Shown piece after piece: positions 23,687-32,965 of a stretch of 64,000 nucleotides of DNA. How positions within the stretch are numbered: the first letter of the stretch is position 1; each line of letters opens with the position of its first letter. A model generated the notes under the pieces. It was not told the origin of the DNA and searched no databases. It saw nothing but the letters and a program-made list of their open reading frames with translations. This DNA is from a virus. Lineage: Duplodnaviria; Caudoviricetes. The position numbers and the translations under genes were made by a program. The stretch lies in IMG/VR virus record IMGVR_UViG_3300025679_000005; one strand, given 5' to 3'.

Positions 23687-23874
23687 CTTACGTTGAAAAA
23701 CTCCAAGAGTGGACCCGCGACCAGGTCGAGAACCACGGCCTTGTTGATGTGAAATTCTTTGCGGGCAATGGCCTTGACCCGCTCCCCGAGGGGACAACCT
23801 TGGAGCAGCTGGCTGAGCAGGCCTACACGGTCCTGACCTCTGAAGGGGTCGACGTTTCCGAAGAGAACCTCTGA
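23683..23874 (+). CDS. hypothetical protein
   Basis: 63-aa acidic ORF with AGGA RBS. Confidence 0.6.
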   Translation: MTYVEKLQEWTRDQVENHGLVDVKFFAGNGLDPLPEGTTLEQLAEQAYTVLTSEGVDVSEENL

Positions 23875-23938
23875 TGTCCCGACGATTTTACGCGCCTGAG
23901 ATCACGACCGTGCCGCTGACGGCGGCGAAGGAGATCTC

Positions 23939-24121
23939 ATGGCACATCACAAGCGTAGGCGACGCAGGCGAGCTGGTATCAAAGGGCATTGCGGCATGTG
24001 TATGCTCAGGACTACAGACGGTAGGCGCAACGGTCGCCTGCTGACGAAGCAAGAAAAAGCTAATCGGTTGAAGCTGAAGGAGGCTTCCTCCGAGTTGGTC
24101 TGTGAGCCGGATCAAGATTAA
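23939..24121 (+). CDS. small basic hypothetical protein
   Basis: AGGAG RBS; poly-Arg and HCxxC. Confidence 0.55.
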   Translation: MAHHKRRRRRRAGIKGHCGMCMLRTTDGRRNGRLLTKQEKANRLKLKEASSELVCEPDQD

Positions 24122-24560
24122 GTCCGTTGGTCGCTAGGTATGCAGCACCCTTAGTCAGTAGACTTGAACGGTCTTCGAACAAGCCCAATGCCATATTGCA
24201 GCGATTACACAGCAATCCTCGTATAACCCCTGTCGTGTGATCGTGATCTACGACCAGTCCGTAAGTTACGCCTTGTTTGGCTTGACCTGGGCGTCTGGCT
24301 CCTTCGGCGTCTACTTTACAGACTGCACAACAACCCTCTTGAATTTGAAGCAACTGGTCGTATTGTTCAGGAGTTACCCCGTACTTCCACTTAAGGAAGG
24401 CAGTTCGTTGAGCTTCAGGGTAGTCGGGCAGATCTCTGCGTCTTTTACCTCTAGCTCGTGAGCAGGCCTTGCAGTAGGCTTGTTTGCCGTCTGGTCGGGC
24501 GGCATTGTTCCCAAATTCGCTGGCATTTTTGTTTTTCTCACACGCAGGACAGTACTTCAT
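24060..24560 (-). CDS. endonuclease VII-like protein
   Basis: KYGVTPEQYDQLL..CAVC..LVVDHDHTTGVIRGLLCNRCNMALGLF. Confidence 0.9.
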   Translation of the reverse strand: MKYCPACEKNKNASEFGNNAARPDGKQAYCKACSRARGKRRRDLPDYPEAQRTAFLKWKYGVTPEQYDQLLQIQEGCCAVCKVDAEGARRPGQAKQGVTYGLVVDHDHTTGVIRGLLCNRCNMALGLFEDRSSLLTKGAAYLATNGLNLDPAHRPTRRKPPSASTD

Positions 24561-24621
24561 GTCTTCGCTGTTTCATCAATAGAAAAGGCATGAAGCAGCA
24601 GGGGCGGTGTAGAGTAGGGTA

Positions 24622-25014
24622 GTGGAACTACCTGAAGAAATAGTGCCCGAACAAATACTTGGGCAGGCTTTCGAGTACGAGAGCCTGCTTACGATGCTGG
24701 ACGACATCCAACGCCTTCGGAAGAAGACTGGGTGGATGGTGGCGTCGTCGGATACGGACCAGCATTGTGTGTTCATCCTCGGCAGGGAACACGATTTGAA
24801 CGTCACCTTCTTCAAGTTCGAGAAGAATCGGATGCGTTTGGTGGATTGGCCACGGTCGTACCTAGGGGTCGACCGCATCAAGTACGCCTTCATCAGGAGG
24901 GCAGAGCGCCTGGTATTGGTCAAGGCCTTCAATCAAATACCTCAAGAAATAGACGAGTCCTTACGTGGGGAAGCCCGATCAGTTTGGGAACGGTTATCCG
25001 ATGATGACATTTGA
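24622..25014 (+). CDS. hypothetical protein
   Basis: GTG start 11 nt after GGTGTA. Confidence 0.65.
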   Translation: MELPEEIVPEQILGQAFEYESLLTMLDDIQRLRKKTGWMVASSDTDQHCVFILGREHDLNVTFFKFEKNRMRLVDWPRSYLGVDRIKYAFIRRAERLVLVKAFNQIPQEIDESLRGEARSVWERLSDDDI

Positions 25015-25378
25015 CGAGGTCACAGTGGACTACAGCGACATCTTCGAGCTACTGGAAGCTGTTCGACAGTACGAGCTGCGACCCAAGGAATCGATCATCC
25101 TCTTGAATTCGGTCAAAGGGTCGGTCCTAGGGTATGTGACAGCTCACCCTGAGTACCCGTCGATTGAATGGGCGATCCCTACGAAGTCTGCCTTGAACTC
25201 CGCCCGAGCCAGGGGGACTAGGGAGGGTGTCCGGATTAGGGAACTCTTAGGAAATTCCCTGGGTAGGAAACAGATCCTAAAAGAGCTTCGGGATGGGTCT
25301 TTGGAGTATGGGATCATGCGGATGCCAGAGCCGGTGGGCCCGCCAAAGCCCAAACAAATGACTATCCCCGGGCTTTGA
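25001..25378 (+). CDS. hypothetical protein
   Basis: Overlaps the upstream stop. Confidence 0.65.
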   Translation: MMTFDEVTVDYSDIFELLEAVRQYELRPKESIILLNSVKGSVLGYVTAHPEYPSIEWAIPTKSALNSARARGTREGVRIRELLGNSLGRKQILKELRDGSLEYGIMRMPEPVGPPKPKQMTIPGL

Positions 25379-25432
25379 CGATCGGTGTATATCTCTAACG
25401 GGGCGGGCATTCTCCTGTCCGAAGGAAATAAC

Positions 25433-26263
25433 ATGAGATCATTCATTTTGGTACTGCTGGCGTTCGTGCTGGCTGGGTGCACTAGTTCAGGAACAGGATC
25501 CAGTCATACATCAAAGCCAACAGAAGGTATTGTTGGTAGCGTCGGGCAACCGTTGCATGGCCCGGATTTGGTCAGTGTCCCTTTCAGCGCCACCGTAGGC
25601 GAAGTGGGGACTGGAGCCGAACGGGTAGTGACTTTCTACGACGGTTTCTCGCTTGATACGACAGAGATCACTGAAGACCAGTACGGAGAGTGCTATACGG
25701 CAGGTTTTTGTTCTGCGACGGGGACTGCCGACAATTGCAATTGGGCTGTTACAGGCCATGAAGATTACCCCGTCAACTGTGTTACCTATATCCAAGCTAC
25801 CCAATATTGCGCGTGGGCAGGCAAGCGTCTTCCAACCGCTCCAGAGTGGGAGTACGCTGCGCAATACCCCGAGGATGGCCGTCTTTGGCCCTGGGGCAAC
25901 GATGACTCCAGTTACACTACAGAAACCAACTCAGCAGCGTCCGGCGATGGCTATACGTACACTGCACCAGTTGGAAGCTATCCCGCAGGTGACAGCGCTT
26001 TAGGCCTCAAGGATATGTCTGGTAATGTTTGGGAAATCACCCAAAGTCCTTCGTGCACAAGTGAGACAGGTGCCTGCACGAATTGTCCGGAGGGAGAGAC
26101 GTGCGACGATGCCTGTAATGTTTGCGGGGCCAACACTAGGTCTATGCTGGGCGGCAGCTACGGAGATGGCGTAGCTAAAGTATGGCTGACAACATCCACC
26201 AACGCATTCGACACGACATCCTCAGAGCCTCGTGTGGGTTTCCGCTGCGCTAAAAATCGTTGA
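25433..26263 (+). CDS. FGE-sulfatase (SUMF1/EgtB/PvdO, CLec-fold) domain lipoprotein
   Basis: Lipobox LAGC; PVNCVTYIQATQYCAWAGKRLPTAPEWEYAA; LKDMSGNVWE; GFRCAK. Confidence 0.9.
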   Translation: MRSFILVLLAFVLAGCTSSGTGSSHTSKPTEGIVGSVGQPLHGPDLVSVPFSATVGEVGTGAERVVTFYDGFSLDTTEITEDQYGECYTAGFCSATGTADNCNWAVTGHEDYPVNCVTYIQATQYCAWAGKRLPTAPEWEYAAQYPEDGRLWPWGNDDSSYTTETNSAASGDGYTYTAPVGSYPAGDSALGLKDMSGNVWEITQSPSCTSETGACTNCPEGETCDDACNVCGANTRSMLGGSYGDGVAKVWLTTSTNAFDTTSSEPRVGFRCAKNR

Positions 26264-26300
26264 GGTCTGATGTCAACGATTTTTGGTGTAAGAATGAGTC

Positions 26301-27332
26301 ATGTTTTGGCTCATTCTTTTGCCGTTTGTAGTGGCCCTATGGTATCGGATCTACCTCAACCGAGGGCAGACATGGGGCACTCCCGATGAGCGTGTGTACT
26401 CTACGTACGCTCAGAAATGGTCGCCTAGGCAATATCGTGAATTCGTGAGGGTCTTCCTTACGTCAAAAGACCTACAGGTACCCCCCACACGGTACGCTTT
26501 TTTTGGAGTATGCAGGCTATTCGTCGCAAAAGCTAAAGACCCCTATCGTACGGTGACGTGGGTGGCTGCTACCTCCGGAGCCTTAGCAGCCCCAGTTGCG
26601 TACGGTATAACCCACAATCTGGCTTCAGCCCTACTTGTCGGAAGCTCCCCTTTATCTCTCATACTGAGCCGTAGAGCCCTTCAGGACACGTTTGCAGCTG
26701 TCACTGTGCTGTTGAGCATCTACGCCATTTACTCGCAAAATGTGGCCCTTCTAGTAGGATCGACGTGGCTTGCTCTTGCTTCCAGGGAAGCCCTGTTGTT
26801 GTATCTTCCGGCGCTGTTTTTGGCGTGGGGCCTACGCACGGGCCATTGGGTGGTTGGTGCAGGAGCCTTGAGCACCGCCCTCGCTTTTGCGATAGGCGGG
26901 TACTACACTCTAGGAGGGCGTGAATTAGGAGCCATATTCAGAAGACTCCGGGAAAAAACAGACTATGTGCGTAGGATGCAGTCTGGCCTGCCTCATCGAG
27001 TTCTGGTGGATTTAGCCCTGGTATCTCCTGCGACCTTGATAGGAGCCTTGATCGCATGCCCCTATGCTCCTCTATGGCTGGCCGGCTTCTTGGGAGTGGG
27101 GTTGGGGGTACATGCGTGTGTGACCCCTAAAAACGTGCGTTTCTTGCTGGCATTAGACTTATGTGCCAGGATGCTTTGCGCCTGGCTGCCAGGATACGGG
27201 ATTTGGGTTGTCTTGTGTTTAGGTTCATTGGCCGACTTCTGCCTGTACAGGGCTTTCAAAGAGACCCGAGATCCCATCACGCATGATCTTGTGTTAAGAA
27301 CGGGTATGTACCAAACTGGAGAAGTACCATGA
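26301..27332 (+). CDS. polytopic membrane protein, GT-C-like glycosyltransferase candidate
   Basis: Many hydrophobic segments; DERVY acidic pair after the first TM as in PMT/ArnT-type enzymes. Confidence 0.55.
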   Translation: MFWLILLPFVVALWYRIYLNRGQTWGTPDERVYSTYAQKWSPRQYREFVRVFLTSKDLQVPPTRYAFFGVCRLFVAKAKDPYRTVTWVAATSGALAAPVAYGITHNLASALLVGSSPLSLILSRRALQDTFAAVTVLLSIYAIYSQNVALLVGSTWLALASREALLLYLPALFLAWGLRTGHWVVGAGALSTALAFAIGGYYTLGGRELGAIFRRLREKTDYVRRMQSGLPHRVLVDLALVSPATLIGALIACPYAPLWLAGFLGVGLGVHACVTPKNVRFLLALDLCARMLCAWLPGYGIWVVLCLGSLADFCLYRAFKETRDPITHDLVLRTGMYQTGEVP

Positions 27333-27562
27333 AAGACAAGCTAGGCGCCCAAGACGCAGTTGACGCAGGTCTCACAACCGAGGTGACCCTACCTGAATTT
27401 CCATGCCCCAAATGTGGTATAGGCATGGTCGATCATAGGACTCACGAGGAGTTCCGGGCTCGCATAGACATAAAAATCTGCTATTCGGACAAGTGCCGTG
27501 CAATCGCAGACTGGACTTCTGGGTCACCTGTGATGACGGATCGAGTCTATAGGCCAAATTGA
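27329..27562 (+). CDS. small Zn-finger hypothetical protein
   Basis: CPKC and CYSDKC. Confidence 0.55.
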   Translation: MKDKLGAQDAVDAGLTTEVTLPEFPCPKCGIGMVDHRTHEEFRARIDIKICYSDKCRAIADWTSGSPVMTDRVYRPN

Positions 27563-27563
27563 G

Positions 27564-27746
27564 ATGGATGCTTACGAGGCCCTTGCCGCTTACGAGGCCG
27601 GTACCCTGACTCGCTCTGAGCTGGTCTCCCAGCTGGCCCTGCTCCCTGAGGTGCCTTTGGAAGACGCAGCCCTTAGCAGGGATGTGGACTACCTTAGGGT
27701 GGTCATCGACCTGGGGCAGTCCTTCGAAATTCGCGATTGGTGCTGA
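27564..27746 (+). CDS. hypothetical protein
   Basis: 60-aa ORF in a tightly packed run. Confidence 0.5.
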   Translation: MDAYEALAAYEAGTLTRSELVSQLALLPEVPLEDAALSRDVDYLRVVIDLGQSFEIRDWC

Positions 27747-27778
27747 CCCACTAGTCTGGTTATGGCTTTTCTTAGGTA

Positions 27779-27988
27779 GTGCCAAACCGAACTTTGGGAC
27801 CCTGGGAAAAACACCAACACACCTACAACTGTGACTGCGGCACCTACCCCGAAAGCTCCGGCTTCCGAGGGGTATGGTACTTCCGTCCGAACTCAGAGGG
27901 CGACGAGATCGTCTACGCCTTCTCTGAGGAAGATAAATCGACGGCCGATGAGAAGGCTGTTGATGACGGGTGGGTGATTCCGGTGTAA
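27779..27988 (+). CDS. hypothetical protein
   Basis: 69-aa ORF. Confidence 0.5.
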   Translation: MPNRTLGPWEKHQHTYNCDCGTYPESSGFRGVWYFRPNSEGDEIVYAFSEEDKSTADEKAVDDGWVIPV

Positions 27989-27997
27989 GAGCTGGCT

Positions 27998-28249
27998 ATG
28001 GACGCCAACAAGCTCAAGGTACTGAGGGAGCTTCCCTACAGTATCCACAAGGTTTGCGGGCTCTGCATTCACGGAGATTTCAAGCTCAGTGACTGGGGCG
28101 TCTGCCACAAGGCGGAATACGTCCATGAGAAGCACACTGGTGAGCCTAGGTTTCTCAGCATCAACCAATTCGGTGTGTGTAGCAGCTTCGAGCCTGACAA
28201 GACCAGGGTCGAGCGTCTAGGAGCCTTCAAGGAGTTTTTGGAGCAGTAA
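27998..28249 (+). CDS. small Cys/His-rich protein
   Basis: CGLC..C..H..C; ATG 11 nt after GGTGTA. Confidence 0.6.
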   Translation: MDANKLKVLRELPYSIHKVCGLCIHGDFKLSDWGVCHKAEYVHEKHTGEPRFLSINQFGVCSSFEPDKTRVERLGAFKEFLEQ

Positions 28250-28312
28250 TTCAAGCCCTATCGGCCCCTTAGGGGAATTGAAAGCATACTTCACTTATAC
28301 CGTGACTTATGT

Positions 28313-29089
28313 ATGCTTTCGAGAAGTGAGGCCGGCAAACTAGGGGCTGCAAAATCCGCTGCAAAATCTAAGGAGAGGTATGAGGCATTCAGAGCCGAGT
28401 ACTTAGCTAATCCGAAGATATGTGGGCAATGCCATGTCGCCTTGCCTTATGCTAAACGGCATAACCAGTACTGCAACCACACTTGTGCAGCCCAACACAG
28501 CAACCCCATCCGCACTACTACAAGGTCTGGACGAAGTGCCTGTGATTCTTGTGCGGGCCCGGTCTTAAAGGGGCGTAAGTACTGTGCGGTGTGTTGGGGT
28601 AACGTTAGCGATCGTCGTAAGATCCTTGTGCTTGATGAGACCAAGACTGATCGGATCCGAAGAAGAATCCTCACGAAAACTCGTGGCCATCGATGTGAGG
28701 TGTGTCACTTAGCAGATTGGCAGGGCCTCCCCATAGCTCTTGACCTGGATCACATAGACGGAAATGCGGACAACAACAGTGAGGGTAACTTACGCCTCAT
28801 TTGTCCGAACTGCCATGCTCAGACTCCTACCTATAAAGGTAGAAACAAGGGCACTGAGAGTACTAGGAGCCTTCTTAGGAAGGCTCGTTACCAGAAAAAT
28901 CTTAAGCCACCGAAAGGTGTTTGGCCGTCTGAGGGGGAACTGTCGAAGATGGTATGGGAGCGCACCGCTACAGAGCTAGCGAAGGAAGTTGGAGTCTGCT
29001 ACAACTCTTTCAGAAAACATTGTAGTCGCCTAGGGATTGCAATGCCTCCAAAAGGACACTGGCAGAGATCACGGGGCGCTGAGGCTTAG
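28313..29089 (+). CDS. HNH endonuclease, family A
   Basis: LDLDHIDGNADNNSEGNLRLICPNCHAQT; WPSEGELSKMVW..KGHW. Confidence 0.88.
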   Translation: MLSRSEAGKLGAAKSAAKSKERYEAFRAEYLANPKICGQCHVALPYAKRHNQYCNHTCAAQHSNPIRTTTRSGRSACDSCAGPVLKGRKYCAVCWGNVSDRRKILVLDETKTDRIRRRILTKTRGHRCEVCHLADWQGLPIALDLDHIDGNADNNSEGNLRLICPNCHAQTPTYKGRNKGTESTRSLLRKARYQKNLKPPKGVWPSEGELSKMVWERTATELAKEVGVCYNSFRKHCSRLGIAMPPKGHWQRSRGAEA

Positions 29090-29110
29090 GGTCTTGAAAT
29101 TTGGTGTATA

Positions 29111-29230
29111 GGGCTCCGAGGTCGCAAGGCCTCTAGCGTGACTAGGTCAAGTCCGTTTCTGCGGTAGCGACCTATACGGGTTTGTGGTACAAGCCTACAC
29201 GTGAACCGGCGTCGACCCGGAAACCACAAC
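29111..29230 (+). ncRNA. candidate structured RNA downstream of a GGTGTA motif
   Basis: Hairpins GAGGTC-GCAA-GGCCTC, TAGGTC/GACCTA, TTGTGGT/ACCACAA. Confidence 0.4.
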
Positions 29231-29233
29231 AAT

Positions 29234-29302
29234 GTAGATGTCGCCTAAATGGTAGGCAGCCCGGTCACCGGGTGATAGTTGGTTCGAATCCAGCCGTCTG
29301 CA
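29234..29302 (+). tRNA. non-canonical tRNA-like gene with TCA at the anticodon position
   Basis: Normal acceptor, D and T arms; anticodon arm CCCGG-TCA-CCGGG. Confidence 0.55.
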
Positions 29303-29333
29303 CAGGGCGTGTCCCCATTAAGGCCACGTCTTA

Positions 29334-29462
29334 GGGAAGGAGTAATTACCCGCCCCGATCCTCAAGGCCCCAGGAAGTAAGATCGAGAACCTTCCCGCAC
29401 GGGGTTATGCCTTCGACGAAGCATCTCACAGGAACCGCTGAGCGGGCCTGGGTAGCCTTGAG
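29334..29462 (+). ncRNA. candidate pseudoknotted RNA
   Basis: GGGAAGG/CCTTCCC crossing CTCAAGGC/GCCTTGAG and CCCAGG/CCTGGG. Confidence 0.45.
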
Positions 29463-29466
29463 ACTT

Positions 29467-29541
29467 GCGAGTGTAGCCTAGCGGTCAGGCAACAGCTTCC
29501 CATGCTGTATCAGGCGGGTTCGACTCCCGCCACTCGCTCCA
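29467..29541 (+). tRNA. tRNA-Gly(CCC)
   Basis: Loop TTCCCAT; U73; CCA. Confidence 0.9.
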
Positions 29542-29645
29542 ACCTGGCTGGCGTCCAGGTAGTGCCGACGGCACCGGCTAGAGTAAAGCCGAACAAGGTC
29601 CCGATGCCAAGGGGGTCAACTCACTTCGGTGTAGGATCAGTTACG

Positions 29646-30029
29646 ATGACTTGTCGACACGCTCCCGGGGATTCGAGTTGTAGCTCGCACAGGGACTACG
29701 TGCCACCTTATGATCCCTATAAGGCGCCTCCGGCCACTCCTGATGCTTCGAACTACACGATTGAAGAAGTCGAGCGGATTGGGAAGCACCTAGTGATGAA
29801 GGTGAAGTACCCGAATTGTCGGAGCTGTTCTTTCGAGGGCGTGAAGGTGATGGTTTTCCTCAACGTGACGGAGATGCAGGTCATTCATTGGCGGAAAATT
29901 GACCCGCACTTCAGAGACCCGAAGTCAAGGAATTCAAAGACAGAGGCGCCTAGTCCCGCTGCCCGATTTCCGGGTTCAGCAGATGGCTGGGTCGATGCTC
30001 TGACATATGCCAGGGGCAAAGACCGTTAG
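29646..30029 (+). CDS. hypothetical protein
   Basis: ATG 13 nt after GGTGTA; CRSC motif. Confidence 0.7.
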   Translation: MTCRHAPGDSSCSSHRDYVPPYDPYKAPPATPDASNYTIEEVERIGKHLVMKVKYPNCRSCSFEGVKVMVFLNVTEMQVIHWRKIDPHFRDPKSRNSKTEAPSPAARFPGSADGWVDALTYARGKDR

Positions 30030-30508
30030 GTTATTTTGCCGGTATCTAGGTTAGGGACTCTGGCCTTGAGGAAAGCACGCCAGTGTGTGAACTCCCCAAG
30101 GTCGCCATTCCCTATGCGGCGGTACCAGCCCCAATCTTCATCGGGCTTGAGCATGAGGAATACCGTCCAGCAATCTTCGCCCCAGGAGTCGACACGGTGG
30201 ACGGTGCTGTGATCCATGGCAAATGACTGCCCTGCCCGGTGGGTTATTTTGAGGCCGCCTGGCCGTTCTTCAGTGTACTCACCGGAGAGCACTAGCGACC
30301 GCATGTAGTGCCAGCGGTGCCGGTGGAAGTAATCCCGGGATTCGGCGTTCTCGAAGTGCTGTAGGTACAGTATTTTCGGGATGACCTTGAACTGGGTCAG
30401 CATCGATATCTCTGGGAAGTCAGACCTAGGAACGGTTCGAGCACGATCGGGGAAGGTCTTGCACAGCCATCTACACGTAGAGTCAACTACGGAATTCCAC
30501 GTTTTCAT
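30026..30508 (-). CDS. cupin-like hypothetical protein
   Basis: FHRHRW..SLVLSGEYTE..HRVD cupin-type motifs. Confidence 0.6.
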   Translation of the reverse strand: MKTWNSVVDSTCRWLCKTFPDRARTVPRSDFPEISMLTQFKVIPKILYLQHFENAESRDYFHRHRWHYMRSLVLSGEYTEERPGGLKITHRAGQSFAMDHSTVHRVDSWGEDCWTVFLMLKPDEDWGWYRRIGNGDLGEFTHWRAFLKARVPNLDTGKIT

Positions 30509-30555
30509 CTCAGGTCATCGTAGCACAAAACTGTGCCTCTGACGCTAAAACTGGT

Positions 30556-31008
30556 TCAGTTGTCTGAAGACGAGAAGGGTGCTGAGCTGACTGACAGTGG
30601 CTTTGGCAAGGACGCCATCTTGAACCAGAACTGGTCTAGGCTTCGGATACAGTCCAAGAGGGTGTCGTAACCCAGCGGCTTGCGGACGTAGGCGTTGCAG
30701 TGGCTGGCGTAGGCCGACACCACGTCATCCTCGGACATCGAGTTCGTGAGGATGATGACGGGGATGGTCTTCAAGCCAGAGTCTCGCTTGATCTCACGGA
30801 GGACCTCTAGGCCTGACTTTTTGGGCAGGTTGAGGTCCAAGAGGATGAGGGTGGGCTTGTTCTCGACCGAGTACAGAAACTGGAGGGCCTCATCACCATC
30901 GGAGGCGACCTCGATGATGATACGGTCCGAGATCTCTTTGATGGCCAGTGAGATTAGCTCCACGTCCTGGTGGCTGTCCTCGACGAGTAGGATATGTACT
31001 TCGGACAT
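30556..31008 (-). CDS. single-domain response regulator (Rcp1-like)
   Basis: ILLVEDS, ILLDLNLPKKSGLEVL, ILTNS, YVRKP. Confidence 0.92.
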   Translation of the reverse strand: MSEVHILLVEDSHQDVELISLAIKEISDRIIIEVASDGDEALQFLYSVENKPTLILLDLNLPKKSGLEVLREIKRDSGLKTIPVIILTNSMSEDDVVSAYASHCNAYVRKPLGYDTLLDCIRSLDQFWFKMASLPKPLSVSSAPFSSSDN

Positions 31009-32066
31009 CAAGTTTGGCTCACATTCGGTAGGGTGAAGTAGAAAGTTGCGCCCTTATCTGGTTCCGATTGTGTCCAAATTTCGCCTCGATGGCGTTCCAC
31101 GATCCGTTTGGCAATAGCGAGACCTATGCCCGTACCCGGATACTGCTCTGTCGTGTAAAGTCGTTGGAATACCCCGAAGATGCGTTCTTTGAACTGCATG
31201 TCGAACCCTAGACCGTTGTCGGAGACGGCGATGCAGAGGAAGGCGTCGTCATGGGGGTTAACGTCAACTGAGATCACTAGGGGGCGATCGGGACTACGGT
31301 ACTTGATTGAATTCGAGAAGAGGTTCTGGAAGATCTGGGCCACCATGCTACGGTCGCCCGACACCATCGGTAAATCCTCTGGAATAGAGAATACTACTCC
31401 GGACTCTTCGATGCTCCTGGAGACGGACCGACGAGCCTCTTCGATAGCTACGCCTAGCTGGAACGACCCTTGAGGGGTTGAACGCCCGGCCCTAGAGAAG
31501 GCCAGGAGATCATCAATCTTGCGTTCCATTCGTTTGGTGCTGTCGATGACTTCTTCGAGGAAGTGTTTCCCCAGGTCGTCTAGGGCGTCAGCGTAGCGTT
31601 TTTTGAGGAGGGTGGCATAACCGGCGACCGCTGTCAGGGGTTCTCGCAGATCGTGGCTGGCGATGAAGACGAACTGCTCAAGGTCCTCGCTGTTTTTCAG
31701 GAGGTCATCTTCAGTGCGTTTTTGACCGGTAATATCTTGTAGTTGGATCAAGAGGGCTAACACCTTTTCGTCATGGCGAATCGCAGAGACGTTGATACGG
31801 GCCCAAATCACCACGTTGTCTTTGCGGGTGTAGCGGTACTCGTTTTGCCAATTCTGAAGATTGTGCGTTTCGAACTTGGCCGCCAGGCCTTCCAAGTCCG
31901 GAGCGTCGTCGATGATCAGGTCCTTGTGGTGCTGGTGGAGGATTTCCTCTCCCAGCAACTGAGTCGCTTGATAGTTGGCGGCTAGGACGGCCCCCTCTGG
32001 GGATGTCACTAGCTGAGCCGTGAACGAGTCGTCGAAGGCCGCCTTGAGGTGGCTCAAGGTATTCAC
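31008..32066 (-). CDS. PAS-domain sensor histidine kinase
   Basis: PAS/PAC; ASHDLREPL H-box; QNLFSNSIKY, DNGLG, FQRL, GTGIGL. Confidence 0.93.
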   Translation of the reverse strand: MNTLSHLKAAFDDSFTAQLVTSPEGAVLAANYQATQLLGEEILHQHHKDLIIDDAPDLEGLAAKFETHNLQNWQNEYRYTRKDNVVIWARINVSAIRHDEKVLALLIQLQDITGQKRTEDDLLKNSEDLEQFVFIASHDLREPLTAVAGYATLLKKRYADALDDLGKHFLEEVIDSTKRMERKIDDLLAFSRAGRSTPQGSFQLGVAIEEARRSVSRSIEESGVVFSIPEDLPMVSGDRSMVAQIFQNLFSNSIKYRSPDRPLVISVDVNPHDDAFLCIAVSDNGLGFDMQFKERIFGVFQRLYTTEQYPGTGIGLAIAKRIVERHRGEIWTQSEPDKGATFYFTLPNVSQT

Positions 32067-32965
32067 TGATGTACTTTCTGAGTGGCATTGCTGGTGGCAG
32101 CCTCGTAACTGGCCACGGCAGTAGCCACCATGCCGATCAGAGTGATAACCCCCACGATGAGTTTGGTTCGGTTGGACACCGTTGTCTGGTGCATGACGAC
32201 GTGGCTCATTCGTTGAGTATCATCGGAGTGCTTGAGGGTGCTGTTCACCTCGGAGATGTTCCGTTCAGCAGTTCCTAGGCGATGGTCCAACAGGTCCACC
32301 TGGGAACGCATGGACGGCCTAGTGGGGTGACCCTTGATAATCTCATGATCCAGGGTGTCGACAATCTTTTCGATACCCTTCAATCGTCCGTCTTGTTGAA
32401 CGAGCTTGTTCGAAATGGCCTGAAGCTCTGTGAACAAGGATTTAGACAGGTCGGCGATGGCGGTGGTTGTCGCCAGAGTGTTGTCTCGAATTGCGACGTG
32501 TTCCCCGCTTCTGTGGGCGGTGACGAGGTCGGCTTGAGCCCGTTCGAGCTTGTGGATGCTGACTACGTTCTCTGCCGGCATTCGGACGGTTCGGCGATGT
32601 TTTTCCACTGCGAACACAATTCGGCGGAAAAGCTCTTCTTCGTCGGTGTACGACTTCAGGATATAGTCTGCTGCCCCCAGTTGGATCATGCTGACGGCCA
32701 GCTCCCGGTCCTTGTTATGGGTCATCACGATGATGGGTACGTCGGGATATCGGGCAATGAGCTTCTCAAACGTCTCTTTTCCAGCAGAATCCGGCAGTTG
32801 AAGGTCCAAAAGGACGCAGTCAATGTTGCCTGCATCTAGGTATTTGACTGCCGTAGCCAAGTTGCTGGCTTCACGGAACTTCGCCTCATTCATGAATTTG
32901 TCTTCAAGAAGGTACCGAAGCAGTTGACGATCGGTGGCGCTGTCTTCTACAATGAGGATCCGCAT
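32063..32965 (-). CDS. response regulator receiver fused to a coiled coil and a C-terminal TM segment
   Basis: ILIVEDS, VLLDLQLPD, ADYILK; C-terminal LIVGVITLIGMVATAVA. Confidence 0.85.
   Translation of the reverse strand: MRILIVEDSATDRQLLRYLLEDKFMNEAKFREASNLATAVKYLDAGNIDCVLLDLQLPDSAGKETFEKLIARYPDVPIIVMTHNKDRELAVSMIQLGAADYILKSYTDEEELFRRIVFAVEKHRRTVRMPAENVVSIHKLERAQADLVTAHRSGEHVAIRDNTLATTTAIADLSKSLFTELQAISNKLVQQDGRLKGIEKIVDTLDHEIIKGHPTRPSMRSQVDLLDHRLGTAERNISEVNSTLKHSDDTQRMSHVVMHQTTVSNRTKLIVGVITLIGMVATAVASYEAATSNATQKVHQ

Noticed and set aside
24201-24244. Hairpin with an ACAGCAA loop motif resembling the linker of the permuted RNAs
   Set aside because: It lies inside the EndoVII ORF and is the reverse complement of the conserved RGLLCN codons; coincidental.
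25433-26263. FGE-sulfatase/CLec gene as a diversity-generating retroelement target
   Set aside because: No template repeat, reverse transcriptase or avd gene seen in the window.
29234-29302. Genome-wide UGA or UAG recoding
   Set aside because: groEL, nrdAB, ligA, recA and others are full length in code 11, and many genes end in TGA at expected positions.
29334-29462. HDV-like ribozyme assignment
   Set aside because: The helix order does not fit P1-P2-P3-P1.1-P4, and no L3 or catalytic C context was identified.
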